From: Lingula anatina
Lineage: Eukaryota > Animalia > Brachiopoda
Assembly: GCA_051362555.1 (NCBI GenBank)
Contig: CM120643.1
Location: forward strand, 186,001 to 250,000
Reading direction: 5' to 3'
DNA: 64,000 nucleotides
Under the pieces are notes generated by a model. The model made no database searches, had not been told where the DNA came from, and was given only the letters and a program-made list of their open reading frames with translations. This document shows positions 1 to 14,388 of this stretch, piece by piece (within the stretch, counting starts at the first letter, position 1; the number at the start of each line of letters is the position of its first letter). Both the position numbers and the translations under genes were made by a program.

Positions 1-1492
1 AGCGGGTTGCCGGCGGCAGTGTGAACGTTGCCATTATCATGGAATACGTCGACTTCACCTTAGCCCAGCGTATCATTGTCCCAAATCAACACAACCAGTT
101 TGAGGAAAGGCGTAAAACTAACCGTCGCGTCGACCCTCGTTTCTTGACCACCGCGGTGGCGTTCTTTGGCCAACAGATATTCCAGGGTCTTCACTATATC
201 CACAGACAAGGTTATGCACATAGGGATCTGAAGCCTGAAAACATCTTGGTAAGGTTTTATATGACTTACATTATTATATTGTATTGTTTTATGACCCTCC
301 CGCGCACTGATGGGCACATAAACATAGGCATATGGTAAAGAAATCTTAATTGGTGTGTCTCCGGTTTATAACAACATGGTGTAGCATGAGTTGCCGAGGA
401 AAACGTGCTTTTTCGCCTATTTTCACCGACTATTTCATCCAGTGTCTTATGTAAGAAAGGAGTAGCATGGAAGCTACTCGCCCTATTTGTGTTGTGAATA
501 GACAGTAGCTAAATACAATGCAGACTTATGGTGGACATGCTTAGCCGAAACGTGTAACATTCTTCAGATGGTTGCGCCCCGGCCCTTCCCTAAGTCGCTT
601 AAGTTGGTTGCAATTAAGCGAGAATCCCCTTGGAGATAGAACAATCTACACTTAGTATATTGAGTCTGGGAATGATAATAAAACTTTCAAATTACCTTCA
701 ATGTAAATAATAGTTTTACGTTCTAAACCTACTGTTTATTACCTTCAACGAAAAAATAAAGAGAACATTACAAAAATATAATTATCATTAGAATAATCCT
801 GAAAAAATGTTCAAGATTTAAAAATTTAAAACCAGAATCCACAAAACTATTTTATACTGAAACAATTATTGTTTGTGTGACGTGAGATGGCCCATACATT
901 TATGTATTAATATTACATATAGTTTATTAATATAATCTAGAATGCGTTAAAGGATTTAATGTTAAACTCATTTAACGGGCAGTCAACCTAAAGACGTGTT
1001 TGGAAACTGTTAAAAGAATAAAAAAAACCTGCTCCTGACAGCTAAATCAATAATCATCTTCATCTAATACGTTTAAATGTTGTTTAAATGTGTGGGTATT
1101 TTATGTTTAAGATCAGTAGAGATGATCAAGTAAAATTGGCAGACGTTGGGCTGTGTAAACCAATCAACGATATTCTCGGCACTACCTGCGGGACTAACCT
1201 TTATATGGCACCGGAAGTGAGAAGAGGTGACATCTATGGTTTTCCGTCAGACATCTTCAGCATGGGGTTGATACTGTGGGAGATGTGGTTTGGGATGAGA
1301 GCAAACCAGGACATAGCGTTCAGAGATGTCAATGACATGTCAGAATGGCGTCCACAGTTTGAGCAACCTGGACTTACATCACCTCCTCATGATCTGAGAA
1401 GCCTCATTGAAACATGCTGGGTACCCGACCCCCGAAAGCGCTTGAGATCAATGGCCGCAGTAGCGCGGTTGGAAAAGTTAGATAATATGTAA
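1..1492 (+). CDS. Protein kinase, last two coding exons (<1-248 and 1112-1492); Ser/Thr or TKL-type catalytic domain
   Basis: AIIMEY hinge, HRDLKPENIL, GTAAG donor at 249, AG acceptor at 1110-1111, then VKLADVG, GTNLYMAPE, SDIFSMG, CW...R, stop at 1490-1492. Confidence 0.9.
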
Positions 1493-2448
1493 ATGACATT
1501 GTTTGCCATATGAGCATATACACGCATTAATACATGTACAGACGCATCTTTCACAATATACAGGGTATGATTAATTTTAATTAACGTTAAAACGTTTAAA
1601 CATGACTTTTTAAATTTGACGGAGCGCATCTTGTGCCCCAATTCATTCAGGCGATTTCATTACGACCATACTAGGAATAAATTGTGATCTGTAAAATGGC
1701 TATGGCCTTGTGTAGAACTAGGTGCCCGATTTCATAATTGCATGGGGCCTATAACGACAACAGATATAGTGGCTTTTGATTTTTTCTTGTTCATTTTTTA
1801 CTTTTTGACAGACCATACATTAGTTTTATGTGTGATAATACGAAGGACAATCTTGTACACGTGTACAATGTAGCTCAAGCATTTGGCGTTGTATTTTGTC
1901 AAGGTAAAATAGGGTAATTACAAAATATGGATTTATTGAACGTGTGCTTTGCAAAACATTTTGACAGTTAATCTGAGTATTTCTAACTTTTTATTTTTTA
2001 TTCTATTTTTAACCTTTTATTCTATTTTTTTGTATAAATACTTACAACATGTATATTTAGTTATCAAAGACATAAAAAGTAATATCGAAAAAATTAATTT
2101 TGTATCAAAATGCAATGGGATTATTCACGAACAAGAGTATTGTATTCATAAAGCATGAAATTATACGTAATCATCTATTAAATGAACACTTCAGTTATAT
2201 TCTTTATTTGTCGTCTGCTTGGAATATACATGTTTGTTCCACTGAAAACTTGGAATGTTAAAAAAAACTCCACTAGTCTTCCTTTACAATTATTATGAAA
2301 ATGTCTTCAAGTATCCCTACTACACACTGCTTCTTGTTTAATGACAAAAGAGTCAAGGCAATGACACAGGTTCTCAGTACTAAACTCTTACCAATAACTG
2401 ATAGGTAAGATGTGCAAAATTCATACAGCACTAGCGCCATCTATCACA

Positions 2449-5400
2449 CTAAACCGCACTATTTGGCAGCAAAGTGTCTGTGGGTCCTTCCTTCCCAGGG
2501 ATATCTGTAACCACCACGTTACACATCACAGCGTGGTAAGCGCCCTCTATCGACGTGGTGGCACTGGGATGACAGGGCGTGCAGCTCGTTTGACCCTGTT
2601 TGTCTTGGAATGTCCCCAGTGGGCACGGAAGACAGTTTTCTAGGTCACGTTGCGGGAGGAAGTAACCCTTGTCACACGGCACTAGAAGTAATGAACGTGA
2701 GATTTGTTAATGAGAAAAATTTGACAAAATGTTTACACTGAAACGCGGTTGATTCATTGTAAGATCTAAATGCAAAAAAAAAAAAAAAAAATACCAACAC
2801 GTACTACATCTATATTCAAAATAATGGAATATTCGTGAATCCATACCAACTACACTTACCACATAACCTGTTTTTGGTAAAGACACGTCCTTTCTCACAT
2901 AGCATCTGTGGTCTGGAAAAGGTGAAGGACGTTGTGTCAAGGTCAAACTCAGAGAGGGCTGCAGGTTGGAGCTGAGGCGAGTCACCTTCTACCAGCTTTT
3001 GTATACTGTTCTTAAGCGCAAATGAATCGCCCAAGATTTCTCTAAGGTTCTTCCTCTTGCACGTGGAGTCGCACCCAGGAGACACGACGTTTTCTTCTGG
3101 GTTTCTCAGCAGAACGCTGAGAGACACTCGGACCTCGGATGTGTCTGGCTGACTCCCGTCCTGACAGTCAGTACGTAAATTTTGCACCTGGATTGTAAAG
3201 TGCTCTTCTTTTATTTATTGATTATTTGAAAGTGGTCAAATTTCATTGTGACATACTTTATCAAGATACACATTTATTTGTCCTACATGTATGTAACATG
3301 TAACATGAAAAACGTATTTTTGTAAATTTCCTCAGAATGTTATTCCAGGAGTGCATGCCCCAGCAGTCACGTTACTCGCTACTCAAACCCCCCCTCCCCC
3401 CCACACACACTAAGACCCCCTAAGGCAGGTTCCCCTCTCCACTTCCACACCCCAGAATATGACATATCCTTGCGCCTCTACACCTCACACCCCTAGGGCA
3501 TGACATGTCCCTCCGCCTCCAAACCCTTAACTGTACAGATTAATGTTAAATACCAATTAATCTACCCAAAAGTTATTATTAACTGATTATAATAAGGAAA
3601 ACAGGATAATTTTTTTAAAGACTGGTGATCAGTAAATTCTGAGATATACTATACCGTACCTCACAGAGACCACGGCAGACATTGAACTTGTTAATTGCTT
3701 CTTGGATGGTGGCAGTGAACTCAGACGTGGCGATAGGAAGAGCATTGCAGGATTTCCTCGTCTCATAAGAAAAAGTTATCGGTAACTGAATGTCAACAAA
3801 GAACTCCCCTGAAACAATGATTAGATACTTTGAAGTTTAAAACAAAATGTGGACCAGTATTAGGTTAAATTGAATGAACTATGCTTCCGAATCTTTTGTT
3901 CCCTAAATAAATATGTGTTAACTGGATACGTATCAATCACCAAATCTGTTCGTCAATATGTCACATAATCGCCTTAACTGCAAGGCTGAAATAGTTTGTA
4001 TTGACGTACAGGGAATTCTTAGCAATAACTTTGTGATTTCTGTCGAATTTTAGAAAAAGAAGCCTGGTTCTGACAAAAAATCGCTCAATGCCGACAGTAG
4101 TTTGTCGTAAACAACTTGGCCGTTAATAAATAATGTCAAGCACTGTTGCTATGATAGCTATTTCATCCACATGTGTTAAATACTGTCACTATGATAGTTT
4201 CTATTTTCAGCAAATAAATACAGAGAAAAACTATAATATACTCTAATAATTCTGTGTGTGGCAGGTCACCATTTGCTACCAAAACTGTTCTTCACTGTGC
4301 AGTTACGACGCACCCACATAGTTCGATCTCGGCCTAGTACGACCTCAATATTCTACACTTACTGGTACATATGTATGTACATAGTTTGATCTCGGCCTAG
4401 TACGACCTTAATATTCTACACTTACTTGTACAGGCAGGAATCCTGGCCGACGCGTTCACCACCTGGTGTGACCAGACGAAATCTGTCCCCGCCCCACACG
4501 TGATGTAATTGTTTATACCGGAGACAAAGAAGAATCCCGGGTCACATTTAATGATGCACACTGCTCCGTTGTATTCGTCATTACGTTTGCACTCTAAGAA
4601 TCCGTTATCTGGCTTCTCGTCAATATCGCCGCAAGTTTTGTTCACTGAAAAAGATACATACATTTTATATTTTCACAGTTATAGTTCACCAGCGGCAAAC
4701 AAATGTGTTGTGAAATGATGACAACCATAGGTACAGTGTATGATGCTTCTATTGTATTTGTAAAAAACTTTTCACATGAGGGTAAATAAAGACTGAAAAT
4801 AAATTAACTCGTGAATGTGTAGAAACCTTGTTTCCCGGCTGGCCGCCTGTTTTTGAACACGTCTGAACTGTCCTTATTAGCGACACAACTCTGGGCACAT
4901 TGAAAGTTGATACAAAACACTGATACTTACGGACACATGTCTTTCCATCTGTATCCAACTCATATCCAGGGATGGAGCATGCGCAGGAGTAGCTGCCTTT
5001 TGAGTTGTGGCACTCTTGATTACAACCGCCATTGTTGGTTGCACATTCATCCACATCTAAAATAACGACATTTCTTTAGGGTTTACACCTTGAAGTGTCA
5101 AACACCACATGCATTGTAAAAGTAAAGGCTTCCTTTTCTTGCCTGTGAACTGCAGTTAACCTGCCACTGCATATCAAGAGCTAAATTTTAGTTTCATAAC
5201 GACAAGATGTTAGAGTGGTATGTGATAAACACGTCCATTGCTGTCTATCAGACTGGTTTACTGTTCCCCTACCTTGACAATGTGTTCCTGGTAAACCTTG
5301 ATAGCCCGTCTTGCACGTGCACGACTGCAGCGACGTCCCTAGCCCCGTAGTTTCAGAATTCTGTGGGCAGGGCAGACATGACGACGAAAAGATGTCACTC

Positions 5401-8400
5401 TTGTATGTGTTTGGTGGACAGGCTATTAATATGAGGAAAAAGTCAAGAAAATAAGACGTCTACCTAACTTGTACTCGCAGTTGTCAGAAAAATACTAGTA
5501 GCTATGAATACTACACATACCAAATGACCTATAGCTATCGAGTATATGACATTGCATACATCAAAGTCTAGAGAGCCACAGACTTGGTCACTGGGCGTGT
5601 CACTAAGAGTGATGAAGTACAGAACTTTAATGCTTCATAGGTGGTGGCTATAATTAAAGCAGAGCTGTGGAAACCCTCGGTCTCACCTGTGCAGGTGGTC
5701 GGGTTCCCGGTCCATCCCGTGGCGGTACACCTTCTGGTTCTACTCCCCTGAAGAATGAAGCCCGGATCACACGTTAACTGGCACTGGGAGTCGCTGGCAC
5801 TGCCACACGGCAAGATGGAACCATTGACAGGAGCCTCCAGCGGGTCACAGGTTATCTCTGGGGATGTATAGATATGCCGCTTTAGCATACTCTCACACAC
5901 AGTACATGTGTTTATGCATCGTAACTATCATCCATAAATATTGAAAAATTGACAACAGTTTTCAGAAAATAACCAACCATAGTGAACTCTCACCTTCACA
6001 TTCGCCAGTGTCAGTGGCTTTAGACCCGTCTTGACAAAGACAGTACTGCCGGCTGGTGCTGCCCTCTGCCGAGGTGCTGGAGCGTGCTGGACATGGCTGA
6101 CACTGACCACCTGTCATCCCTTCCTTGTAGGTACCAATAGGACAAACTAGAAACACAATAGGAATGTGAGATGAGAGAAAATTAAGAGATAGCTTTCTGC
6201 ACGTAAAAAGTGTAAAACGGTAATGCTGAAGATAAGAGTTGTGATCAGTGACGTGTAAAGGTATAATACTATTTGAACAGCTTTGGTCCCCTTGACGTTA
6301 CCTGAAATTTCTACTGCTGAAAATAATTTACCTCTGATTTAATCACGTCTTATGATAAGTACATTGACTTGCTTTTGAACTTAGTCTCATATTTTTTTAA
6401 CATGAAGAGAATGGTACAAATTACTACATTTTTTAAAAAAGAAACAGGTATTTTTAAGGTGACGGTAGTCGACGTTCGACTTCCCCTGCCGTGTACCTTT
6501 ACATGCCGGGGCCTGGGTCATGCTCCACTGTCCATTAGGCTGACACTGGGCGGTTCTCTGTCCATCAAGCTCGTAACCAGGGAAACAAGAAAACGTCATG
6601 GTGACGGGGTGGGTGGAGCTGTCCACGTTCTTAGCGCCATTAAGAGGAGGCTTGACCACCGGGCATTGGATAACTGAAAGATTGAATAATTGCCTTTTAC
6701 ACAGTCTAAAAATAAAGATAATATTTCCTTAGTAATCAATGTTAACATCCAGGTACTAATTAAAGAAACACATCCGTTATATAAATATAAATATAAACCA
6801 AGCCACCTGGATACAAAAAAAAAAAACATTGTGACATCAAAACGATCAGTTCAAATGCACGTCCAGTAAGCATTGTTAGGACCAGCCAGTTGAAATAGCC
6901 TGACGAAAGACTATTGGATTTTAAAAGACATGGCACCCCACCCAAATGTTATCATATTTGTACAAAACGGTTCCAGGAAATTTGCTCAAGGAAAGAAAAA
7001 AATCACCTTCACATGTAGGAAGTTGACTGCTCCAGGTCCCGTCATCTTGACAGAGTAGGACGCTTTGTCCAACTAACTGTGAGCCGGTCTCACAGGTGAA
7101 GCTTACGGTGGAGCCGTAGATAAAGGGGGCACTTCCAGTCTTGTTCGCATTGGCAACGTTTCCAGGATCTCTGCACTGCATAGCTGGATATATAATAGAC
7201 AACTTTGCATGTTATTTACTGGTCCCACCGCTGCCGCCGACAGTGTAAGCAGTGAGAAATCAGTCAGTATCGACACGAGCACGATACTATTAAATTGATA
7301 CATGTAATTAAACATTAAATTTGAATTCATTTCCATTACCTAGATTGTACCGTGAAGAAGCAAATAGAAAACCAATCAGACATAATGGGTGTTACACTGT
7401 TGCATTGCTGCAAACATCTTATGATGAAACTTCAATTTCTCTGGTACTGCATAACACAACCCAGTTCATATTTATAATGGATATTTTCAAAACATAAGCG
7501 TCGTCTTCACTCACCGACACAGGTGGGCGGTGGGGAGTCCCACTGACCGTCAGCCTGACACGTGGCACGTGGCGACCCCTGCAGGTAAAAACCTCGGCGA
7601 CACTCGAAGTCGATCTCTTGGCCGTAGGTGACATCAGTCAGGACGCGCACGTTGCCGTTCTCTGGGTCCACGGGGGGAGGACACGAGACCTCTGGAAGTA
7701 AAGTACACAGGTACTCTATTTGATTGTCTCTATGGAGGTACATGGGGACTTAACGACATTCGTTTTGAATGCTTTAACCACTTTTTATAGTTTATTTTTG
7801 CATTGTATTGGATTAATGTGGCAGTCTAAGGTTGTTCTAGGTGGTTTTCAAATTTATACACCCAGTTTTTAAATTATATAGCGATTTTACGACAATCGTT
7901 TACTATCCAATCAAGGTGACAGCCGAGCGTGCGTGAAGAGTTCACGTTGTTAATACACTATAAGAGCGCTTATATAGACTTACTTTGACATGTGGGATTA
8001 CTGGGGCTACTTCTTACACCAGCATTGGTCACGGGGTCAAGGTCACACGAGATTCTGGCAGGTCCTACCAGAATGTACCCTTCCCGGCATTCAAACACGA
8101 TCTCTGTCCCGACCTTGAACTGTGACCCCACCAGGCGGCCATTCTGAGGAGGAGCTTGACGATCACAGGTAATCACTGCAACCACAATACAACACTGTGT
8201 TAGAGCACTGAGTTAGAGCATCCACCCAATGTATCGGTCTAATTAATAGTCGACAGTGACGTAAATGACGTAATCTCGTCCACATCGTTCCTTTTCCTCT
8301 TAGGGAATTCTAGGCATTTTTCAATGTTCAGATTTCCAATTATTTATTTGTAAGGCAAAGTATATGGGTGTTATCTCAGATTAAAAAATATGGTAACTTA

Positions 8401-11400
8401 CATTCACAGGTCGGAGTGCGGTCATCCCACCTGCCACTGGCGGTACATCTGACCTGTGGAGCCCCCACCAGCTTGTAATCTGGGTCACAAGAGAAGCTCA
8501 CTACGTTACCGAAAGTATAGTCTGTTCCAATCACGTGACCGTTCTGAATGTCGCCGGGGAAATTACAGCTCTTAGCTAAAATGTAGAAATATATGTCACG
8601 TGACCAGATACCTTCGTATATGTAAAAGCATGTTCGTTGGATCGGCATCCGTTTAACGATCAATGCGCAATGTAGGACTTAGCTAGCTGTTACAAAAATA
8701 TGTATTAGGCCTAATAATAAAAGTCATAATAAACCAATAAAATGGTGAAATAGTAGGGTACATCATTAGATACGTTAATCGATTCATTTTAAATAAAAAA
8801 CAAAGGCGCTGCTTACGAACACACTCGGGATCTTTGCTTGGGATCCATTCGCCATATTGGTTGCACTGCTTCACCCTTGAGGAGGAGGCAGAGAGCTGGT
8901 AACCCTGGTTACACTCGTAGGACACAGTAGATCTGTAGGTGAAGCTGTCCCCTCGCACCTGTCCATTGAGTATTCCTTTAGGCCGACCACACTGGATTGC
9001 TGGCAGAAACAATATCGGTTTGTATATATATATAACTAAATACCTTCAATTCATGAGATCCAAATAAATTTACTGCTGGCGGTGTAGCAAAAAATAACTT
9101 TCCCTAAGACAATGCAGCGTGAATATCAATAGACATATAGATAAGTGAAAGAAGATCATGACATCCGAAGTCTAGAGTTTAAATTGTTATGACAGCGAAC
9201 TCTGTATATTAAAAAAAAGCAGAGTTTCAAATGCATCTCAGGCACTCACACAGGGATCACTGCTACCGCAATCCTTTCATGTTCCGTTCAAGCAAACAAA
9301 ACATACGGGTGTTCAGCATTCCTCACAGCGTTATTCCGCCATATCCACCAACACTCCTCGTCCCCATACTTACGTTCACATTGTAAAGGTGTCCCCATCC
9401 ATCGCCCGTCGTCCCCACACTGGATGTAGCCATCTCCGCCCACACTGCGGTAACCCACGGTACACGAGTACGATATGGCCACAGTCAAGCCGTCAGTGAT
9501 GCTTCGCCGGTCGGACGTGTGGGCGTTCAATGCCGGGATCTCACAGGCCAGTTCTAATGAAGGATTATATAGAGTGGTTTGCATACTATTTTGTTTATGA
9601 CTCTTTATATCAAGCTTAAACAGTGACAAACGGTTTCTCAAAGTCTAGTTAAATAGGAACGTATAGCGCCAACTTTTTTCCTTATAATATGATATCCGAT
9701 AAGATAATAAAAAATTAATGCTATACAATACGGTAATGGTTAGTACTTACTGCCAGGAAAAGCATAGAACTCGTAGTTATTCGCGACCCTTCCGTTACCG
9801 CCACATCCTCCTCTGGTGGAGACGCGGCTGGACTTCTGACCGTTAACATAACACTCTGTCAGCTCATAGCGGACTGTGCCGGGCTCTCTACTTCGTGACA
9901 CATACATGGAGGCGCCGTTTATTTGAATGCGGGAATCAAAGCCCCTGTATGAAGACATATATCCCTTGAAGTAAGACACATCGCCGTTTATCGCATTTCC
10001 ACGCGTGATTTGGCGCCAGCTGCTGGGTTGTACCGGCTGTGACGTCAGACGGTAGACTCGGTCGCCGTAGCTCTCCATTACAGAGACGTACATATTTGTC
10101 TTGGGTGGCTCTGGTTGGTCTGAAAGATTTACCAGACATGATGGTCACAGTAACAAATACAACCGCGTCGCCCAGTAGGACGTGGCCGCTTTAGGCCTAC
10201 TGGACCATTTGATAACTAAGTATAATGCCATATACTGATCACCACTGGGGAATGGTTCGGTAACAGAGGGACCACTCCCATACGTCACAGGTCTTGTCTA
10301 GAGAGCTTAAAATATTATAAATGTATAATAAATGATATAAAAACTTATAATATATATACAGGTACATGTATGTATACAAATCTATATTGTTGCAAATTAA
10401 TGTACGCAAATCCTGCTGACTTCAGATTCTGGGATACACTCACCGTAATCATCATTGTCTCCCCAGTGACCTCGACCCCTGCCATGACCCCGGCCTTTGC
10501 CTAAACCAGGGAATATCAACTTGGCGAACGACAAAAAGACATCTCCGATATCGGCCTGAAAAAGATTCGTCATAGGTATTTCAATGCTGCTAATTTTTCA
10601 CTGAACAGTGTTTAAGGAACAAAACAGGAGACATCATGCCCCCCCCCCCCGTATACATCATAGCCACCCCCCTCCTTTATACATCATCGCCCCCCCCCCC
10701 CCCCCCCCCCCCCCCCCGCATGTATGGCACATTTCAAAGCTGCAAATCTTTCACTGGACAGTGTTTTAGGAACACATCAGGATACATCATATACCCCCCC
10801 CCCCGTATTCATTATAGCCCCTCACATGTATGGCACAGTCGACGCGTTTTCACGAGTCTTTTTTCGAAACACCAATTGTCAATTGTGTCACTCTCTTCCA
10901 CATTCCTTATCCTCACAGAAACAATTTGCTGAAATATTGCCCGTTAACTGAAACATCCTATTTACTTCTCCGACTTGTGAATCAAGTTATGATAACAATC
11001 CAAATAATCTTGTTTGAAAATGTTTGGGATCTTATGCAGACTTGACATATTATTTACTTATTTATTTATTACTTGCATCCTTTGATGCATGATTGGTTTA
11101 AAAAAAAGCAGTCCAGAGATAAAAGTTGTAAATCAATTTGCATAAACAATCCGTCCCAGTGTCTACATGCACAATATTGAATTATTACTTGATATATACC
11201 TGAGGAACAATTTAGATGGCTTGACAAAAATATCTGCCTGTTTAAATAGGTAATACTTAAGCAAGATATATTTTTTCGAAACATTCCCAACGTTAAACTA
11301 TGCATGTTACTGCTTGTCATTCGCCCATTGCTAGAAAGAGAAAATGTATTTTAAAAACCTTTCGGAATCAGCGTCTTTGTACGGACTGAATAAATGCTGA

Positions 11401-11681
11401 TCCTTGGAATAAATCTTAATATAAATCTAGATTCAGCGTTTATCACAGAAAGAATTAACGAGAGCACAACACACGCGGCAATAGAAGCGACGAGCCACGT
11501 ATGGTTGCTGGGCAGTAGGTCCTGGCGTCGTATTTCCTGCTAAGCTGTTTACCCTGGCAACTAAATTCGTGTTTTTGTATTCGACATTCATCATTACAAA
11601 TGGTTCATAAAAAAGAAAGACACTTACCTGAGCCGAGTTCGCACAAATGCAGAGAACAAGCAGCAACAATACTGCCTTCAT
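2449..11681 (-). CDS. G1: secreted SVEP1-like mosaic protein (SP, Gly/Arg peptide, unknown domain, 7 CCP, GCC2/GCC3, CCP, GCC, cbEGF, sushi-like, SEA-like, GCC), 18 coding exons
   Basis: Exons with GT-AG boundaries and consistent phase: 11628-11681 ([18 protein letters not shown]), 10444-10555, 9751-10119, 9374-9553, 8817-8999, 8402-8575, 7984-8175, 7515-7691, 7007-7183, 6497-6673, 5994-6146, 5687-5857, 5273-5422, 4931-5056, 4426-4644, 3660-3808, 2860-3187, 2449-2681. Minus-strand AATAAA at 2203-2208. Confidence 0.85.
4316..4430. repeat. ~63-bp direct duplication that includes a G1 splice donor
   Basis: acatagtt(c/t)gatctcggcctagtacgacct..atattctacacttact occurs twice in tandem. Confidence 0.75.
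10596..10835. repeat. Degenerate ~150-bp tandem duplication with long poly-C runs (G1 intron 1)
   Basis: tttcactg.acagtgttt.aggaac...catcat..ccccc..gtat occurs twice; long C runs. Confidence 0.55.
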
Positions 11682-12171
11682 TTTGCGGGCCGGATGTCTG
11701 TTCAAGATGCTCAAACTATGAACGCGGTGATTTGTGCGGTAACGTGAAGTGTGTACTGAGTTACTCTGCTCCGAGACGCGCTAGAGCCGAAATGATTATA
11801 CTTCACGAGATACGCTTAATGTCACCTCTTTCCAAATTCAACAGGTGTAGTGATATCCTCATCTCTGTGGGACTACTTACAGGGCCTGCAGCCGACAGCT
11901 GTCAGCCTGACCTCATCCAGGGATTGACCAATGAGAAGCAGGCTGCACCCGGACTTAGCTAATGACTAGTTTTCCAGACCCGGACTTGGGTGGAAAGTAA
12001 GCAAATAGGCTTGGGGAATTTATCAATTATAAGTTCCTGTTTTTCAGGCTCAGCAATTCCCGGACCTTGAGGAGATTACAGCGTCTGTGGTTTGGTGAAT
12101 ACATTTAATCTGTCTGTTCCATACTAACAAGGGAGTGACTTGAACATTTCCAGGGGCGAGGTTGCTCCACG

Positions 12172-12311
<140 letters not shown>

Positions 12312-13929
12312 GTTAAACATATTTGTATCATACATGAAAAAGATATAGCGTACTGCTTATTACTCTTTTCGTGCCAAGTATGCGCTGGATGCCATTGCAA
12401 TCGTATTGGACGTGTAACTAGACAAGTGTCATCTTCCCAAAGCATAAAGCATTCCCCCCTCAAAACATTTGCCCAGATGTTATATAAAATTAGATAGTGT
12501 TGAAGCATGTTGGGCGAGTTATGTAAATAGCTTTAAAATAAACTTATCTTATGGCACAGAGTTTATTTTCGTATTTAGTAGCTTTGTACGCCTTGAATCA
12601 GAAATGAACAAAGATATCACAGTTGTGCTGTAAATACGTCCTCGTTAATACCGCGATGGACAAGCGTTAGAAGGCACAGGCCTTGTAAGCAATGTCACCG
12701 TCGTGAACATTGGGATTGTATATCTTTTTTTCCAAACACTGTAGTTTTAAAGTGCAGGAATAATGGCAATTTCAACTGAATTCAGGACACGCGCACTGGA
12801 GAGTTGATAAAAATAATTTCCAGAAAAGAAGCCAGAGAAGCCAGGAATCAGTAAACTGGGCACCGTCCAGTCGGGATGGTCTTCCAGCCCTCTGAAGCGG
12901 ATTTAACTCTCTTTGTGCTGTTATTCATTCTCACCTTATCTCAATTTTCGGGGAAGGGTTAAATCATTTAATCAGCGTTTCCTGCTAAAGCGGATCTTAG
13001 TTTGATTTGTTTGCCGCTAACATCTCCGCCCCGGGAGCTGAGTGAACAGTCAGGGAAAATCCGCGTTCCGTGACCTCTGACCTGCAGAGAGGGCTTGGTT
13101 CATTTGATGGTTGTATAGGACTAAGTGTCATTCAGAAACGCTGGAGCCACGCTTAGCGCAACTTGTTGTGTCGTCTGCTATTCCTGTCACGATTTCATAA
13201 AACGTTTTCACTGCGGTAAGTTAACTTTATTTTCTGTTTAATAGCTGATTGTAATTTCACAATTTTAGAAGCACCGAGGAGTACAATGTTTCGGGACTAA
13301 TCCCAACATTTAAAATAAGTCTAGCGCTTTCATGTATATTTCAGTATATAAGATTTAAATGTGTTCACATAAGCCCTCCTGACGCGGGCCTAGACAGAAT
13401 GTTATGCCAGCAAATATCGTGCAGCGCAGGTCACCCTGCAGTGTTGTCGTAGGTGACACATTCGCACTAAAAAACTGATGAATTCAGATTCCGGCAGACT
13501 GAGGTGTCCCGCACACTCCCAAGCATGATAGATTTACTAATGTTTCACGATTATTTACACATGTGTTTTAAAAGAAAGATTTCAAGTATTGGACGCTTAT
13601 TTAATTTGTGTTGCCGAGGAAAAGACTGCAGCTCCCGCATATTAAATGTGCATGCTGTCATTAGTTATAAGATTGGACCTGGGGGGGGGGGGGGGAGCTT
13701 CTAGGACTGGGAATGTTTGTGTGTGTGCGTATGTGGGCGTACTTGAATGACTGTGCGCCCATGCGCGCGCGTACTCCCACACCTGCCTGTTACTGTACGT
13801 CTCACAGAAGACGTGTGTAAAATGCTACCCTCCCTGAGTTGTGTGATGAAAGATGTCACCCTTCCATTCTCAATACATTTAAGGTAAGATTTCAGGTTAA
13901 TATTTCAGGTGATCTATTGCCACTGAAAG

Positions 13930-14346
13930 ATGGCGCCACGGCTGTCGCTGGCGGTATTCATATTGGTGGCTCTGGCTGCAGCGTCCCAAGCTACCGAAGA
14001 AAAACAATTTGCAGGAGAGAAAGAAATAGACCTCAAAGGAGAGAAGGGAGATGTTGCTTTAGACGACTTGTAAGTTTTTAAAGTTATCTTCACAGTGTGG
14101 AAGTCAGAGTATGCATGGACGTGGTCGACATTAGCCTACTGAAAAGTGTTGCTTTAGAAAAACAAAAGCCTAGAATGAAATTATCCACTGCACCTCTCCT
14201 GAATGATGGCAAACTTGAGATGGGTTGCAGGAAGACGCTAACACCACCTAAGGTTTCTAACGTATCTGAGTTCAGATTACTCCTGTGTACGCGGCTCAAT
14301 ATGTAGGCACCCCCAGACGCGCGCGCATGAACACGCACCACCACCC

Positions 14347-14388
<42 letters not shown>

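Noticed and set aside
10120-10297. Possible extra or relic TSP1/EGF exon in G1 ([13 protein letters not shown]; GCICYCDHH)
   Set aside because: The pieces lie in different frames with stops and no compatible donor; a clean acceptor at 10120 explains the gene. A decayed exon cannot be excluded
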